Shown: one piece after another, positions 17,933-31,449 of the stretch
Layout of the letters: every line of letters starts with the position of its first letter
How positions within the stretch are numbered: position 1 is the first letter of the stretch
DNA from: Capsulimonadaceae bacterium
GTDB lineage: Bacteria > Armatimonadota > Armatimonadia > Armatimonadales > Capsulimonadaceae
Assembly (NCBI GenBank): GCA_965215505.1
Contig: OZ244065.1
Span: 3,840,001 to 3,904,000 of the forward strand
Length of the DNA stretch: 64,000 nucleotides
Direction of reading: 5' to 3'
Program-made: the position numbers and the translations under genes
Notes under the pieces: generated by a model
The model's input: the letters and a program-made list of their open reading frames with translations, nothing else
What the model was told of the DNA's origin: nothing
Databases searched by the model: none

Positions 17933-19113
17933 CGCAGACCTCCCGCCCCGGTGAGCCGGGCCGCCAGATCGAGGAAGGCGTTTGCGGCCCGCGCCGTGGA
18001 ATACTGCATGGCGTGGCGGCGCAGGGTCTCGGCCGGCAGGGGCGCGTCGAGCGTCTCCCCCATGGCGGCGGCGAGCGCCCCGGCGTCTCCCACAGGGACG
18101 AGCGCGCCGAAGCGCCCGCCTTCCAGGACCTCGCGCGGGCCGCTCGGGCAGTCCGTCGCGATCACCGGGCAGCCGCAGGCCATGGCCTCGATCAGCACGG
18201 CGGGCATGCCCTCGTGGCGCGAAGACAGCACGAAGGCGCTGGCGCGGCTCATGTAGGCGTAGGGGTTGGCGGCGAAGCCGGGCATGGCGACGTCTTCCGA
18301 GAGGCCCAGGGCCGAGGCCTGCGCTTCCAGAGCTTCGCGGCACGGCCCCTCCCCCAGAATCAGGAGGCGCGCAGGCCGGGTCCGGCGCAGCCGGTGGAAG
18401 GCGTCCAGCAGGGTGGCGAAATCCTTCTGCGGCGTGAGGCGTCCGACCGCCACGAAGAGGGGCGTCGCCCGGCCGAGCCACGGGTGTTCCACGGGGGCCT
18501 GCGCCTCGGCCAGCAGGGCGTCGTCCACGACGGGCGGGAAGATCACCCCGACCTTGCCCCGCATCGGCTTCAGGGAGGCTTCCACGCTCTCCTTCACCCC
18601 CTGCGAGACGGCGACGACGGCGTCGGCGTGGGGATACAGGCGGCGGGCGAGGCGCTGGACGCGGTCCTCGCGGCCGTCCCGCTCGGCCCCGACGTGGTTG
18701 TGTTCCACGCAGATGACCGCCGTCCTGCTGCGCGTCAGCACTTTCGCCAGGCAGGCGATGGTGTTGAGGTGGGCCATGTTGGAGATCAGGACGGGCGGGC
18801 GCTCCCGGCGCAGGTAGCGGCCCAGCGGGAGGACGGCCTGCGAGACGCGCCCGGCGCGGAGGTCGAAGAGGCGCACCGACGGGGGGATCTGGTCCAGATA
18901 CAGGCCGTGCGCCGAGGCCACCACTAGGTCGAGATCGAACCCGGCGGCGCTCATCTCCCGCAGCATCTTCACGACGGTCCGCTCCGCGCCCCCGCCCACG
19001 AGCGAGGGCAGCAGGAACGCGACCCGTCTGCCCGGCTGACTCGGGATGCTGTCCGGTTGACCGGGGGTGCGGTCCGGCACCGTCCCCGCCGCCATTCTTT
19101 CCTGCACGCTCAT
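17929..19113 (-). CDS. Glycosyltransferase family 4
   Basis: GGGAERT, GRLTPQKDF, EGMPAVLIEAMACG, DCPSGPREVL. Confidence 0.92.
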   Translation of the reverse strand: MSVQERMAAGTVPDRTPGQPDSIPSQPGRRVAFLLPSLVGGGAERTVVKMLREMSAAGFDLDLVVASAHGLYLDQIPPSVRLFDLRAGRVSQAVLPLGRYLRRERPPVLISNMAHLNTIACLAKVLTRSRTAVICVEHNHVGAERDGREDRVQRLARRLYPHADAVVAVSQGVKESVEASLKPMRGKVGVIFPPVVDDALLAEAQAPVEHPWLGRATPLFVAVGRLTPQKDFATLLDAFHRLRRTRPARLLILGEGPCREALEAQASALGLSEDVAMPGFAANPYAYMSRASAFVLSSRHEGMPAVLIEAMACGCPVIATDCPSGPREVLEGGRFGALVPVGDAGALAAAMGETLDAPLPAETLRRHAMQYSTARAANAFLDLAARLTGAGGLR

Positions 19114-20168
19114 TAGCGGTGTCCGCCTTTATAAAGGGTGATGAGTTCCCGGTCGGACAGGGTCTGGTCGCTGCGACGCGCCATGAGGTAGTAGCCGGAA
19201 GCCGCGTCGAAGGCCGCCGGATTCTTGACCAGGTATTTGTCCAGGCTCTTCAGCCAGAAGGAGGTGAGGCTGGTGGCCGCGTGGGCGAGGCCGCGGCCGA
19301 CGCGCGACGTCGTCAGGCTCAGGGCGAAGTACGTCCACGACCACGCGAGGGCCATGCCCGGCCCGCACGAGACGCCGCTGTCTATCTCGGTGAAGCGCCG
19401 GAACAGGCGGCGGTGGGCGAGATGGGAAAAGCGCAGGAAGTCGTACCTGCCGCCGTGGACCTGCTGCATGAAGGGCGTCTCGGCGTACACGATCCCCGTC
19501 CCCTTCAGGACGCGGTGGAACTCATCAACGCAGCGGAAGGGGTCAACCACATGCTCCAGGACGGCCTGCGCGACGACGCCGTCAAAGGTGCCGTCGCGGA
19601 AGGGGAGGTCATGCCCGTCGCAGATCATCCGGGTGCGCGGCCCGAAGGCGATGTCCGTCTCGACGAATCGGATCGCCGGGTTTGCCAGGAACTCCTCCAT
19701 GCCATACCCCGCGATGCTCCCGCCGACGATCAGGACGACCGGGTTCGGAGTCTCCTTCAGGAGAAGTTCGGCCATGGCCGCGTACCGCTCGCGCGTGCCG
19801 ACACTGCGGGTGATGCTCGGCAGCCGGCCCAGGACCTTCATCGCGAGCGCGAAGGCCCTGCCGTCGGGGGCTTTAAAGAAGGTATCATCGCGTTTCACGA
19901 AGTCGGCGATGGAGAACAGGCTCCGGGCCTCGTTGATGAGTACCGGGATGCCGTCCACGACCGGGAATTCGGTACGGCATCCGGCCCGTGAGCAGACCAG
20001 CCTGTCGCCGCCTTCCTCCAGGTCGCCGTGGCAGACCGGGCAGATCAAAGAAGACGCCGGGTAGGAACCGCCGTCAGCCTCGTGATGCACGTCTTCATAA
20101 GGGACGTATTCAGGAAGCGTGTCCTCGTGAAGCGTATTTTTTGTCGGCAGAGTGCTTTGCGTCGGCAT
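19113..20168 (-). CDS. Class I SAM methyltransferase with Trm112-like N-terminus
   Basis: LICPVCHGDL...C...FPVVDGIPVL; DGHDLPFRDGTFD, QAVLEHV. Confidence 0.8.
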   Translation of the reverse strand: MPTQSTLPTKNTLHEDTLPEYVPYEDVHHEADGGSYPASSLICPVCHGDLEEGGDRLVCSRAGCRTEFPVVDGIPVLINEARSLFSIADFVKRDDTFFKAPDGRAFALAMKVLGRLPSITRSVGTRERYAAMAELLLKETPNPVVLIVGGSIAGYGMEEFLANPAIRFVETDIAFGPRTRMICDGHDLPFRDGTFDGVVAQAVLEHVVDPFRCVDEFHRVLKGTGIVYAETPFMQQVHGGRYDFLRFSHLAHRRLFRRFTEIDSGVSCGPGMALAWSWTYFALSLTTSRVGRGLAHAATSLTSFWLKSLDKYLVKNPAAFDAASGYYLMARRSDQTLSDRELITLYKGGHR

Positions 20169-20206
20169 CGGATTTCTGTTGCTCCTTGATCGGAAGACCT
20201 AGCCGG

Positions 20207-21115
20207 CTATTGCTTCACGAATACGAATTCGTTGCAGCCGTGCCCCCCGACACACGTCGTCATCTGCGTGAGGGTCAGCCCTTTTTGGCGGAAGAAGCTG
20301 AACACGGCTTCGGGCGTGGCGACCTCGAACGGGTAGCCGCCCACGAAATCCACGACGTCAATCCAGGGCGACATCCCGCGCACGCCGCCGTAGCCGCGCC
20401 AGGACGCGAGCGGCTTCCCCTTCAGAGTGTCCCGGAGCAGGGTCGGGCCCCAGAGCCGGAGGAAGGCGGGCCACAGCACCAGGAACTTCAGGCGCTTCGG
20501 CAGGCGGTTGTAGGCCCGCTTGACTCTGGCCCACTGGAGGCTGGGCCGGCCCTGGTCGTTGCCCACGGCGAGGAAGAGCTTCCCGCCGGGGGCGACCAGG
20601 GGGATCATGTTCCCCAGCGCCCGCCACACGTCCCCGGTGTGGTGCAGGACGCCCCAGGAGTAGACGACGTCGAAGAGGCCGAGCGTTTTCAAATAGGCTT
20701 CGTCCAGGGCGGAGCCTTCCTCCACCTGCCAGTCGGCGTCGTCGGGGAAGAAGCGATGCTTGAGTTCCTGCGTGCAGGCGACCGCCTTCGGGTCGTAATC
20801 CACCGAGTGGACCGAGGCACCGAGGCGGCGGGCGGCGAGGCTGAACAGTCCGCTGCCGGAGCCGACATCGAGGAAGCGCCTGCCGCGCAGGTCGGTGGTC
20901 TCCAGGGCGGCCTGGAGCGAGTCCGCCGCCCCGGCGATGCGCTGCTCGCTGAGGAGGGAGAGGAAGGTCGTCCAGTTCTGGCCGAAGTCGAACCGCTCCC
21001 CCTGCGCCACCTCTGCGGCGTGCTGCCGCCCGTTTGCCTGCTGCCTGTCTGCCTGCTGCCTGTCCGTGGTCGAAACTTCGGCACGGTCGGCGAGTGCCTG
21101 AGAACTGTTGTTCAT
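20207..21115 (-). CDS. Class I SAM methyltransferase
   Basis: FLDVGSGSGLFS, FDVVYSWGVLHHTG. Confidence 0.88.
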   Translation of the reverse strand: MNNSSQALADRAEVSTTDRQQADRQQANGRQHAAEVAQGERFDFGQNWTTFLSLLSEQRIAGAADSLQAALETTDLRGRRFLDVGSGSGLFSLAARRLGASVHSVDYDPKAVACTQELKHRFFPDDADWQVEEGSALDEAYLKTLGLFDVVYSWGVLHHTGDVWRALGNMIPLVAPGGKLFLAVGNDQGRPSLQWARVKRAYNRLPKRLKFLVLWPAFLRLWGPTLLRDTLKGKPLASWRGYGGVRGMSPWIDVVDFVGGYPFEVATPEAVFSFFRQKGLTLTQMTTCVGGHGCNEFVFVKQ

Positions 21116-21176
21116 GCGAATGGTCTCCGTTGGTCGTTGTTTCTGTTCGGGTCTGCCTTTATGTCGGGTGCCGCCC

Positions 21177-22052
21177 TCAGCGGAAGGCGCTGCGGTTGCC
21201 GAAGGAGGCCGCCCGGTGGTGATAGCGCATCTTCAGGTAAGCCGGGACGAGAGCCTTCAGGCGCTCCCGCAAGGCCCGGCCGGCCGGCCGGGACCCCGGC
21301 GCGCGGCCGGTCTCATCCCAGAGGGCCACATAGTCGCTCTGCTGCGGCGTCCGGGCGAAGAGGACGGCGTCCGCCTCGCGCACCGCCTGGATGAACAGCA
21401 GGACATTTTTGCGATTCCGCAGGATGCCCCGCCTGCCGGTCACGGCGGGGTCCAGGACGGTGCGGGGGCGGCCGTGTTCCTCGTAGGCGCGCACCCCCTG
21501 CGGGGTCAGGTGGCTCATCGTCTCCACCTCGATCGCGAGCATGCGCTCCACGCGGAAGCCGTTCTCGGGCGAGAGGACGCGGAAGAACAGCTCCGGGCTG
21601 AACTGGTAGAACCCGTGCCCGAAGAAGTTGTTCGCGGGCGTCAGCACGAGCAGGTGGCCGCCGACCTTGACCATCTCCATGCAGTTCCGGATGGCGGTCG
21701 GGAAGGCGAAGATGTGTTCGAGGCTGCCGCTGTCAACCACGCAGTCGTACCGCTTGTGCAGGTCCGCCGGGACCGGCAGGTTCATGTCGTGGAGGATGGT
21801 GGACCCCTCGTAAGTGTTCGCATCAATGCTGTCCGTCCGCGCCGCCCCGAGCGCCCGGAAGAAGGGGTCCGCGTAGCGCGGGCCGCCGCCGGCCCCGTCG
21901 AAGCCGGGGACGCCGTAGCGTTTCAGGAGGCGTCCCAGGACGTCGTCGTTGACGGACAGGTTCTGCCGCCCCAGTGTCGCCGTCTCGCGGAAGGAAACGC
22001 CCCCCGCGTGTGCCTGGAGTATGAACTCCGCACAAGTCGCGCTGATGCCCAT
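21177..22052 (-). CDS. SAM methyltransferase-like protein
   Basis: YDCVVDSGSLEHIF, KVGGHL, GHGFYQFSPELF. Confidence 0.72.
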   Translation of the reverse strand: MGISATCAEFILQAHAGGVSFRETATLGRQNLSVNDDVLGRLLKRYGVPGFDGAGGGPRYADPFFRALGAARTDSIDANTYEGSTILHDMNLPVPADLHKRYDCVVDSGSLEHIFAFPTAIRNCMEMVKVGGHLLVLTPANNFFGHGFYQFSPELFFRVLSPENGFRVERMLAIEVETMSHLTPQGVRAYEEHGRPRTVLDPAVTGRRGILRNRKNVLLFIQAVREADAVLFARTPQQSDYVALWDETGRAPGSRPAGRALRERLKALVPAYLKMRYHHRAASFGNRSAFR

Positions 22053-22077
22053 TGTGTGACCGATCCCTCCTGCGCCG

Positions 22078-23532
22078 CTAGGGCGCGTCCCGGCCCGCCC
22101 CGGAGATGTCCCGGAGCAGGGTGAAATAGAAGGCCGCGGCGGAGGCCACGGCCACGACCGTCGTGGAAAGCGCGATCCCGGCGATGCCGAAGGACCGGGC
22201 GAAGACGACGTCCAGGATGACGTTGAGGACGATGCCGATGGCGGAGACCGCCAGGGTCCGCCCGTTCATCTTCAGCGCGGAAAGGAGCCGCAGGTACATC
22301 ATGCCTATCGTGTAGAACGGGATCTGGAACGCGAGACAGGCCTGCACCTGGGCGACGAGGTGCGTGTCCTGGGCCGTGAACGCGCCCCGCTGGAACCCGG
22401 CGCGCACGACCGAGAGCGAGAAAACGGCCAGGAGCAGGGACACCGGGATCAGGGCGAGGAGGATCAGGAGGGTGTACCTCCGGGTGTCCCGGCGCAGCCC
22501 GTCCCAGTCGCGGCCCGCCACCAGGCGCGAGAAATGCGGCAGCACGGAGGTGCCCACGGCGGTCGAGGTCACGCCGATGACCATGAGGACGACCTTGCTG
22601 CCGTAGCTGAGGGCGGCGACACTGCCCGGCCCCAGCCGGGCCGCGATCGCCTGGTCGGTCAGCACGCTGCCGCTGAACACCAGAGTCGCCGCCGCCAGGG
22701 GCGCGTGCTGGCGGACCACCTGCCGCAGGTCGGGGTCCATCCCGTGCCACCGGGGCCGCAGCGAGACCCCGCGCCGCCGCAGGCAGATGCCGATCAGGGC
22801 GGCCTCCAGGCACGCCCCGGCCAGCGTCCCGCCGGTCAGCCCCCACGCGCCCCAGGCGCGGACTCCGAAGAAGAGGACGGCGGCCACGACGACCGAGGTG
22901 ATGGCCGGGGCGGCGGCCGGGGCGGCGAACTCCCCTTCCACGTTCAGGACCGCGCCCCAGATGGACCCCAGGCCGGTGACCGCGACGAGGGGCAGCAAGG
23001 CCCAGAACAGCAGGCGCGTGAGGGCCGTCTTTTCGGGGCCGAAGCCCGAGGCCAGCAGGGGCAGGACGGCCGGGAACAGCAGGGCCAGGGCGGCGCTTGC
23101 GAGCAGGAGAAGGCCCAGGCTCCAGAACAGCGCGCCGGCCAGGAACCGCCGGGCCGAGTCCCCCCCCGCGCCCTCGCGGAGCTGGACGTAGGTGGGGACC
23201 AGGGCGCAGGCGAACGAGGTCGCGACGATGTGCATGGTCAGGGCCGGCAGCGAGTAGGCGATCAGGAACGTGTCCAGGGCGTCCCCGATCCCGAGCTGGC
23301 GGGCGACGACGATCTCCTTGCCGGCGGCCAGGAACTTGACCAGCAGCGTCAGGCCGCCGACGGTCAGGAACGTCGCGACTATCCCGCGCCCCGCCGCGCG
23401 CCTCTGCAAAGAGCGCCACCGGCCCACATGCGTCTGGAGCGTGCTGAAGGTCTGGAGCGCGCCGAGCGGGGTGTCGGCCGGGACGGGCATCCGCAGCTTG
23501 TCCGAGGCCCGGATTCTGTCAAAGATGTTCAT
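22078..23532 (-). CDS. MurJ/MviN-family flippase
   Basis: KEIVVARQLG, DTFLIAYSLP, FQRGAFT, many TM segments. Confidence 0.85.
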   Translation of the reverse strand: MNIFDRIRASDKLRMPVPADTPLGALQTFSTLQTHVGRWRSLQRRAAGRGIVATFLTVGGLTLLVKFLAAGKEIVVARQLGIGDALDTFLIAYSLPALTMHIVATSFACALVPTYVQLREGAGGDSARRFLAGALFWSLGLLLLASAALALLFPAVLPLLASGFGPEKTALTRLLFWALLPLVAVTGLGSIWGAVLNVEGEFAAPAAAPAITSVVVAAVLFFGVRAWGAWGLTGGTLAGACLEAALIGICLRRRGVSLRPRWHGMDPDLRQVVRQHAPLAAATLVFSGSVLTDQAIAARLGPGSVAALSYGSKVVLMVIGVTSTAVGTSVLPHFSRLVAGRDWDGLRRDTRRYTLLILLALIPVSLLLAVFSLSVVRAGFQRGAFTAQDTHLVAQVQACLAFQIPFYTIGMMYLRLLSALKMNGRTLAVSAIGIVLNVILDVVFARSFGIAGIALSTTVVAVASAAAFYFTLLRDISGAGRDAP

Positions 23533-24905
23533 GCCTGGTGCGATGCCTCGGGGGCCGACGGCGGCAGGAGCGGCGAGAGGAGCGCCGACCGCTTCCGGTC
23601 CAGGAACAGCAGCAGGCCCGGCCCGCCGGTCAGCACGAGCAGGCCGTAGGCCAGGACGTGGTGCCGGACCGCCGTCCCCCAGTTGATGGTGCCGAGCGCC
23701 CACAGGAACTCCATCGCCAGGAGCAGGACGCACAGGAACCCGACCCGGCTGCGCGCCTCCCCGACGGAGAGCCGCCACGCGCGCCACGAGGTCCAGAGCA
23801 GGGCCAGCCGCGCCCAGCCTTCCAGCATCGCCTCGATGTCGAGCGGCGAGCCGATCTGCCACGGGAAGGGCGCGAACATGTACTGGATCACCACGGCGGG
23901 CAGGGTGGCGGCGAAGCCCGCCGGCGTCGAGATGTCCAGCATGACGCCGTAGGCGGCGCGCGCATCCTGGACGCTGTGCAGGCGGTAGCTCTGCGCGTAC
24001 TCCAGAGCCTTCCCGGAGGCCAGGGCCGCTCCGGCCCCGCCGAGCTTCTGGAGCGAGGCCGCGGCCACGGCCAGCAGCCCGGCGGCGGCGGCCAGGATGA
24101 GGGCGCGCTTCCAGACGATGCTCGTGGGGCGTCCCGTCCCCGCGCCCCAGTAGAGGCTGAACACGACCAGGAAGAGCGCATACGGGGCCAGGCCGTTGTG
24201 CATCGTACTCAGGCCCGCCGCCGACAGCAGCAGGGCGGTGACGGTGAGCCAGGAGAGGCGGCTGCGGACGCGCAAGGCCCAGTAAGTGGACAGCAGCACG
24301 AAAAGCACCTGCCAGGACTCGCGCAGCGTGACGGACAGGAAGATCAGGACCGAGGGCGCAAGCCCGAACAGGACGACCAGGCCCGCCGAGAAGCGCGACA
24401 TGCCCAGCAGGCCGCAGAGCCGGACGAGGACGGCGCAGGACAGGGCCACGGCCAGGGCGGAGAGTTCCTCCCCCAAGAACTGGGAAACGCCGAACAGGTG
24501 ATAGGCGGCGGCCAGGGAATGCACATAGAAGGCGGTGCCGGTCCCGGCCAGGTTGACCACGTCATAGCCCTGCGCCAGCGCGGCGGCCTGCTGCTGGAAC
24601 ATGACGGCGTCGGTGTCCGCCCCGACGACCGTGCCGACGAAGGCGTTCACGATGGCGACCAGGTGGTGGGCGGTCAGGACGACGACCCCGGCCAGGGCGA
24701 GCCGCCCGTCCCTGCGGAACTCCGGGAAGGCCAGCAGGACCGCATAGGTGAGCGGCAGCAAAGCCCACCCGGCGGCGTCCTGCGGGGAGGCGGCGGCCAG
24801 CAGGGGCAGCGCGCCGCCGGCCGCCAGCCCCAGCCAGGCCAGGACCGGGAACAGGCGCGCGCCGGGCCGCGCTCCGCTCGCCGCCGTGTTCAATAGAATG
24901 CTCAT
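23529..24905 (-). CDS. Polytopic membrane protein, probable Wzy-like polymerase
   Basis: About 10 TM segments, LRES, FAPFPW and NWGTAVRH; position in the cluster. Confidence 0.65.
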   Translation of the reverse strand: MSILLNTAASGARPGARLFPVLAWLGLAAGGALPLLAAASPQDAAGWALLPLTYAVLLAFPEFRRDGRLALAGVVVLTAHHLVAIVNAFVGTVVGADTDAVMFQQQAAALAQGYDVVNLAGTGTAFYVHSLAAAYHLFGVSQFLGEELSALAVALSCAVLVRLCGLLGMSRFSAGLVVLFGLAPSVLIFLSVTLRESWQVLFVLLSTYWALRVRSRLSWLTVTALLLSAAGLSTMHNGLAPYALFLVVFSLYWGAGTGRPTSIVWKRALILAAAAGLLAVAAASLQKLGGAGAALASGKALEYAQSYRLHSVQDARAAYGVMLDISTPAGFAATLPAVVIQYMFAPFPWQIGSPLDIEAMLEGWARLALLWTSWRAWRLSVGEARSRVGFLCVLLLAMEFLWALGTINWGTAVRHHVLAYGLLVLTGGPGLLLFLDRKRSALLSPLLPPSAPEASHQA

Positions 24906-26464
24906 CGCGGCACCGCGCCGTTCTGCGCGTCGGCCTTGTGCGCGTCCAGTTTCAGCGCGTCCAGTTTCGGCGCGTCCAGTTTCGGCGCCCGGCGGGGCGG
25001 CTGACGGCGCGCGCACACCAGGTACTCAAAGCAGAGCCAGAGGTTCAGGAGGAACAAGACGGCACCGACGCTGACGCCGGCCAGAACCCCCACGCCCGGC
25101 TTGCCGGCCACGGGCACGCGGCCCTCGTCCACCACGTCCATCAGGCTCCCGCCCGCCACCGTCTGCATGGACAGGATGGCGTACTGGGTCGCCGCCGTCT
25201 TGTAGACCTCCAGGTGCAGGAGGACGTCGTTGCGCTGCCGCTCCACCTCGGCTCCGAACCGGCGGCCCGCTTTGAAGTCGTGTTCCGCCGCGCCGATCTG
25301 CTGCGTGACGGCGGCGTATTTCGCTTGCAGCGCGCCGAGCTGCACGGACGCGGAGGTCCGGCCGCTCTGCACGGCGCGGCTCTGGAGGAGCAGCCGCGCC
25401 TGCGCCTCGCCGAGACGGCGGCGGGCGGCGACCACGTCCGGGTTGTCGTCGGCCAGGTCAATCCGCAGGGTCTCCAGGTCGGCGGAGGCGCGGCGGACCT
25501 GCGCGCGCGCTTCGGCCAGCAGGGGGTCCTCGGCGGGCAGGGCGGACAGGTCCGAGACCGGCCCGGCCGCCAGGCGCGAGGCTCCGGAGCGCTCGGCCTG
25601 GGCCGCCTGGATCTCCGCCGCGAGCTGGCCCCGGCTGATGTAGAGCTGCTGGAGGCTGCCGCCGCGCCCGGCGGCGTCCGCGCCCCCGGCGGCTTTGAGG
25701 GGAGTGCCGTCCCCCGCGTCCCCGACGGGGGCGGGTGCGGCTGAGGAGTCGGCACCCGCGCCGGCGGCGTCGGAGGCGGCGAGGTCAGTCAGACGCCCCA
25801 CGGAGTCGTTGTAGGCGGTGCGCGCCTGGGAGAGCTGTCTGCCGGCCTGGCGCAGCAGGGCCGCTCCGCGGTCGCTGTTGCTCGTTTCCAGATAGCGGCC
25901 CAGGGAGTGGACGTAGGCGTCCGTCGCCTGCTTGGTGGCAGTCCGCACCCGCGCCTCCTGGGCTTTGGAGTCCGGGGCCAGCCGGGGCGGGCCGAGGAGG
26001 GTGACGCCGAGGTAGAGCAGGCCGTCGCTGCGGTCTTCCAGCGTGACCGACTTCTGGATGAGGTCCGTGGCGTCGTCCGCCGTGGGCAGGCCGTAGAGCT
26101 GCCGGATGCCGGCCTGGCGGGCGGCGGCGGCGGCGAATTTGCGGCTGCGGATGACGCCCAGGTAGGACTTGGTGCCCCCGCCGGCCAGGCCCGACAGCGC
26201 GGACAGCGCGCCCCCGGCCCCGCCCGACTCCTGCTGCATGGACAGCGAGGCGGTCGAGGTGAAGGCCGGCGGCACCAGCCGCAAGAGGGCCAGCAGCAGG
26301 GCGGCGGCCAGGAGCGGGCCGAGGACGGCCCCTGGCCTGGCCCGGCGGCGCAGGATCTCGCCCAGCAGGCCCCAGTCGAGGGCGGCCTCCGTGCCGGGTG
26401 CCGTGCCGTGGCCCGGCATCAGGTCGTGTCTCTGCTGTTCCTGCATCGGGTCTTGCATGCTCAT
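24902..26464 (-). CDS. GumC/Wzz-like polysaccharide co-polymerase
   Basis: N- and C-terminal TM segments around a coiled-coil region; DNPDVV. Confidence 0.75.
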   Translation of the reverse strand: MSMQDPMQEQQRHDLMPGHGTAPGTEAALDWGLLGEILRRRARPGAVLGPLLAAALLLALLRLVPPAFTSTASLSMQQESGGAGGALSALSGLAGGGTKSYLGVIRSRKFAAAAARQAGIRQLYGLPTADDATDLIQKSVTLEDRSDGLLYLGVTLLGPPRLAPDSKAQEARVRTATKQATDAYVHSLGRYLETSNSDRGAALLRQAGRQLSQARTAYNDSVGRLTDLAASDAAGAGADSSAAPAPVGDAGDGTPLKAAGGADAAGRGGSLQQLYISRGQLAAEIQAAQAERSGASRLAAGPVSDLSALPAEDPLLAEARAQVRRASADLETLRIDLADDNPDVVAARRRLGEAQARLLLQSRAVQSGRTSASVQLGALQAKYAAVTQQIGAAEHDFKAGRRFGAEVERQRNDVLLHLEVYKTAATQYAILSMQTVAGGSLMDVVDEGRVPVAGKPGVGVLAGVSVGAVLFLLNLWLCFEYLVCARRQPPRRAPKLDAPKLDALKLDAHKADAQNGAVPR

Positions 26465-26472
26465 GGACGTGT

Positions 26473-29823
<3,351 letters not shown>

Positions 29824-29909
29824 AGAGAAACAAGTCAGGAGACTGGTGCCTTCAGGCATCAGAGGAATGACTTCCTCTCTGCCGAAGGCTCCTGTTTCCT
29901 GTTCCTTTC

Positions 29910-30596
29910 ATGTCAAGTAGTGACAGGTCAAGCCTTAGCGGGTAAAACACTTGTGCCTTGAAACTCACCGCACAAGTCAAACTCGTCGTGACGCCCGACC
30001 AGGCGGACGCCCTCCGAAAGACGATGGCCCAGGCCAACGCTTGCTGCAACCGTCTGTCCGCCTGGGCCTGGGAGAACCAGACGTTCGGCCAGTACGCCCT
30101 GCACAAAGCACGGTATGCGGTGGAGCGTGTGGCGTCCGGGTTGACTGCCCAAGTCGTCGTCCGCTGTAACGGCAAGGTCGCGGACGCCTACAAACTCGAC
30201 AAGAAGACCCGACGCGCTTTCCGTCCCGACGGGGCCATCGCCTACGACGACCGCATCCTGGACCGCATCCTGCGCTGGTACGCCGCAAGAGGCGAAGTGT
30301 CCCTCTGGGCGGTCGGGGGCAGACTGAAACTGCCGTTCGTCTGCGGTGAGTACCAGCGCAGACTCCTCGCCTTCCAACAGGGCGAGAGTGACCTGGCCTT
30401 TCACGGCGGGAACTTCTACCTGCTCACGACCTGTAACCTGCCCGCTCGATTCTTCTGCCTCTGTCGTGGCCTCGACATGAACGCGGATGCGAACGCCGCA
30501 AGTAACATCGGGGTACGGGCGGCTGTAAGAGCGCCTATTGATGCACCCGCGATCGGGTAGCGTCAAGGCTGGCCCCTTTAGGGGTCATTTCCTTAC
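29910..30596 (+). mobile_element. Non-autonomous IS605-family remnant, ends approximate
   Basis: tnpB remnant; right-end-like hairpin GGCCCCTTTAGGGGTC then TTCCTTAC; TGTCA-N5-TGACA on the left. Confidence 0.55.
29958..30560 (+). pseudogene. tnpB: Internally deleted IS200/IS605 TnpB
   Basis: KLTAQVKL N-terminus and GESDL...FYL wedge region joined directly to FFCLCRG..NADANAASNI; no RuvC-I GxDxG or RuvC-II. Confidence 0.85.
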
Positions 30597-30785
30597 TTCT
30601 CCTCGAAAACCTGGAACGCGGGCGCTCCCCCGAGCGCCCCTCCGACGGCTGCGGGCCTGTCTTATGACACAGCGCGTTGGCCGGCGGCTCCGGTGTATCA
30701 TTCCATTGATGCTGTGGTTTTTACTAGGTTTTTTGTGGGCCGTGATTTTGTGGGGGGCTTGCCGGTCTGGGGAGGCACGCAAGAC

Positions 30786-30815
30786 TTGACGGGCGGTTTT
30801 GCCTTGGGGTATACT
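30786..30815 (+). promoter_or_regulatory. sigma70 promoter of the tRNA
   Basis: TTGACG-N18-TATACT, 12 nt before the tRNA. Confidence 0.7.
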
Positions 30816-30827
30816 GTGCGAGGTTGC

Positions 30828-30901
30828 GGCGGAGTAGCTCAGCTGGTTAGAGCGACGCACTCATAACGCGTAGGTCGTGGGTTCAAGTCCCTCCTCCGCT
30901 A
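30828..30901 (+). tRNA. tRNA with CAT anticodon, probably elongator Met; CCA not encoded
   Basis: Acceptor GGCGGAG/CTCCGCT, D arm GCTC/GAGC, loop CTCATAA, T loop TTCAAGT; lacks initiator GGG/CCC anticodon stem. Confidence 0.93.
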
Positions 30902-30925
30902 TCCAAAAACAGAGATGGAAAAGAC

Positions 30926-30966
30926 AAAGGCTCAGGGCCGCTTTTATGCAGCCCTGGGCCTTTGTT
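30926..30966 (+). terminator. Terminator after the tRNA
   Basis: AAAGGCTCAGGGC...GCCCTGGGCCTTTGTT. Confidence 0.65.
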
Positions 30967-31122
30967 GTGATGGGACTGATCCGGTCCCGATACGGCGTCT
31001 TCGCCATGGGTATAACCCGGCGCGTTGGTCGCGGCGCGTTGGTCGTGGTGCGTTGCGAACCCGGCCCTGAAGGGCCGGACGGACGTCGCGGCGAGGCGTC
31101 ATGACTCCCGCCTCAACCCGCT

Positions 31123-31449
31123 TCAACCCGGCGTCGGCAGGGTGTCGTAGACCTGGACGCGGCTCCAATACTTGCCGCACTCGGCGATGAAGCGCAGATG
31201 GTCGGGGTGGTCCTGGTAGACGTCGTGCGCGGCGGCGTCTGCGAACTCGACCAGGAGTGCGACGCCGTAGGAGTTGTCCACGACCGCGCGCCCGGTGCCG
31301 GCGGGGGACCCGACGGTCAGCCGCAGGACGCCGGGGATGCCGGCCAGGTGGGCGGTGCAGCCCTCGGCCAGCCGGGCGGCGTCTTCGGGGCCGGCGTCCG
31401 GATGCAGCCAGAAGAATACGGTGTGGAAAAAGCCAGTCGTTTGCGGCAT
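31123..31449 (-). CDS. Dabb (stress-responsive A/B barrel) protein
   Basis: FFHTVFFWL, IPGV, YQDHPDH, RVQVYD. Confidence 0.88.
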   Translation of the reverse strand: MPQTTGFFHTVFFWLHPDAGPEDAARLAEGCTAHLAGIPGVLRLTVGSPAGTGRAVVDNSYGVALLVEFADAAAHDVYQDHPDHLRFIAECGKYWSRVQVYDTLPTPG

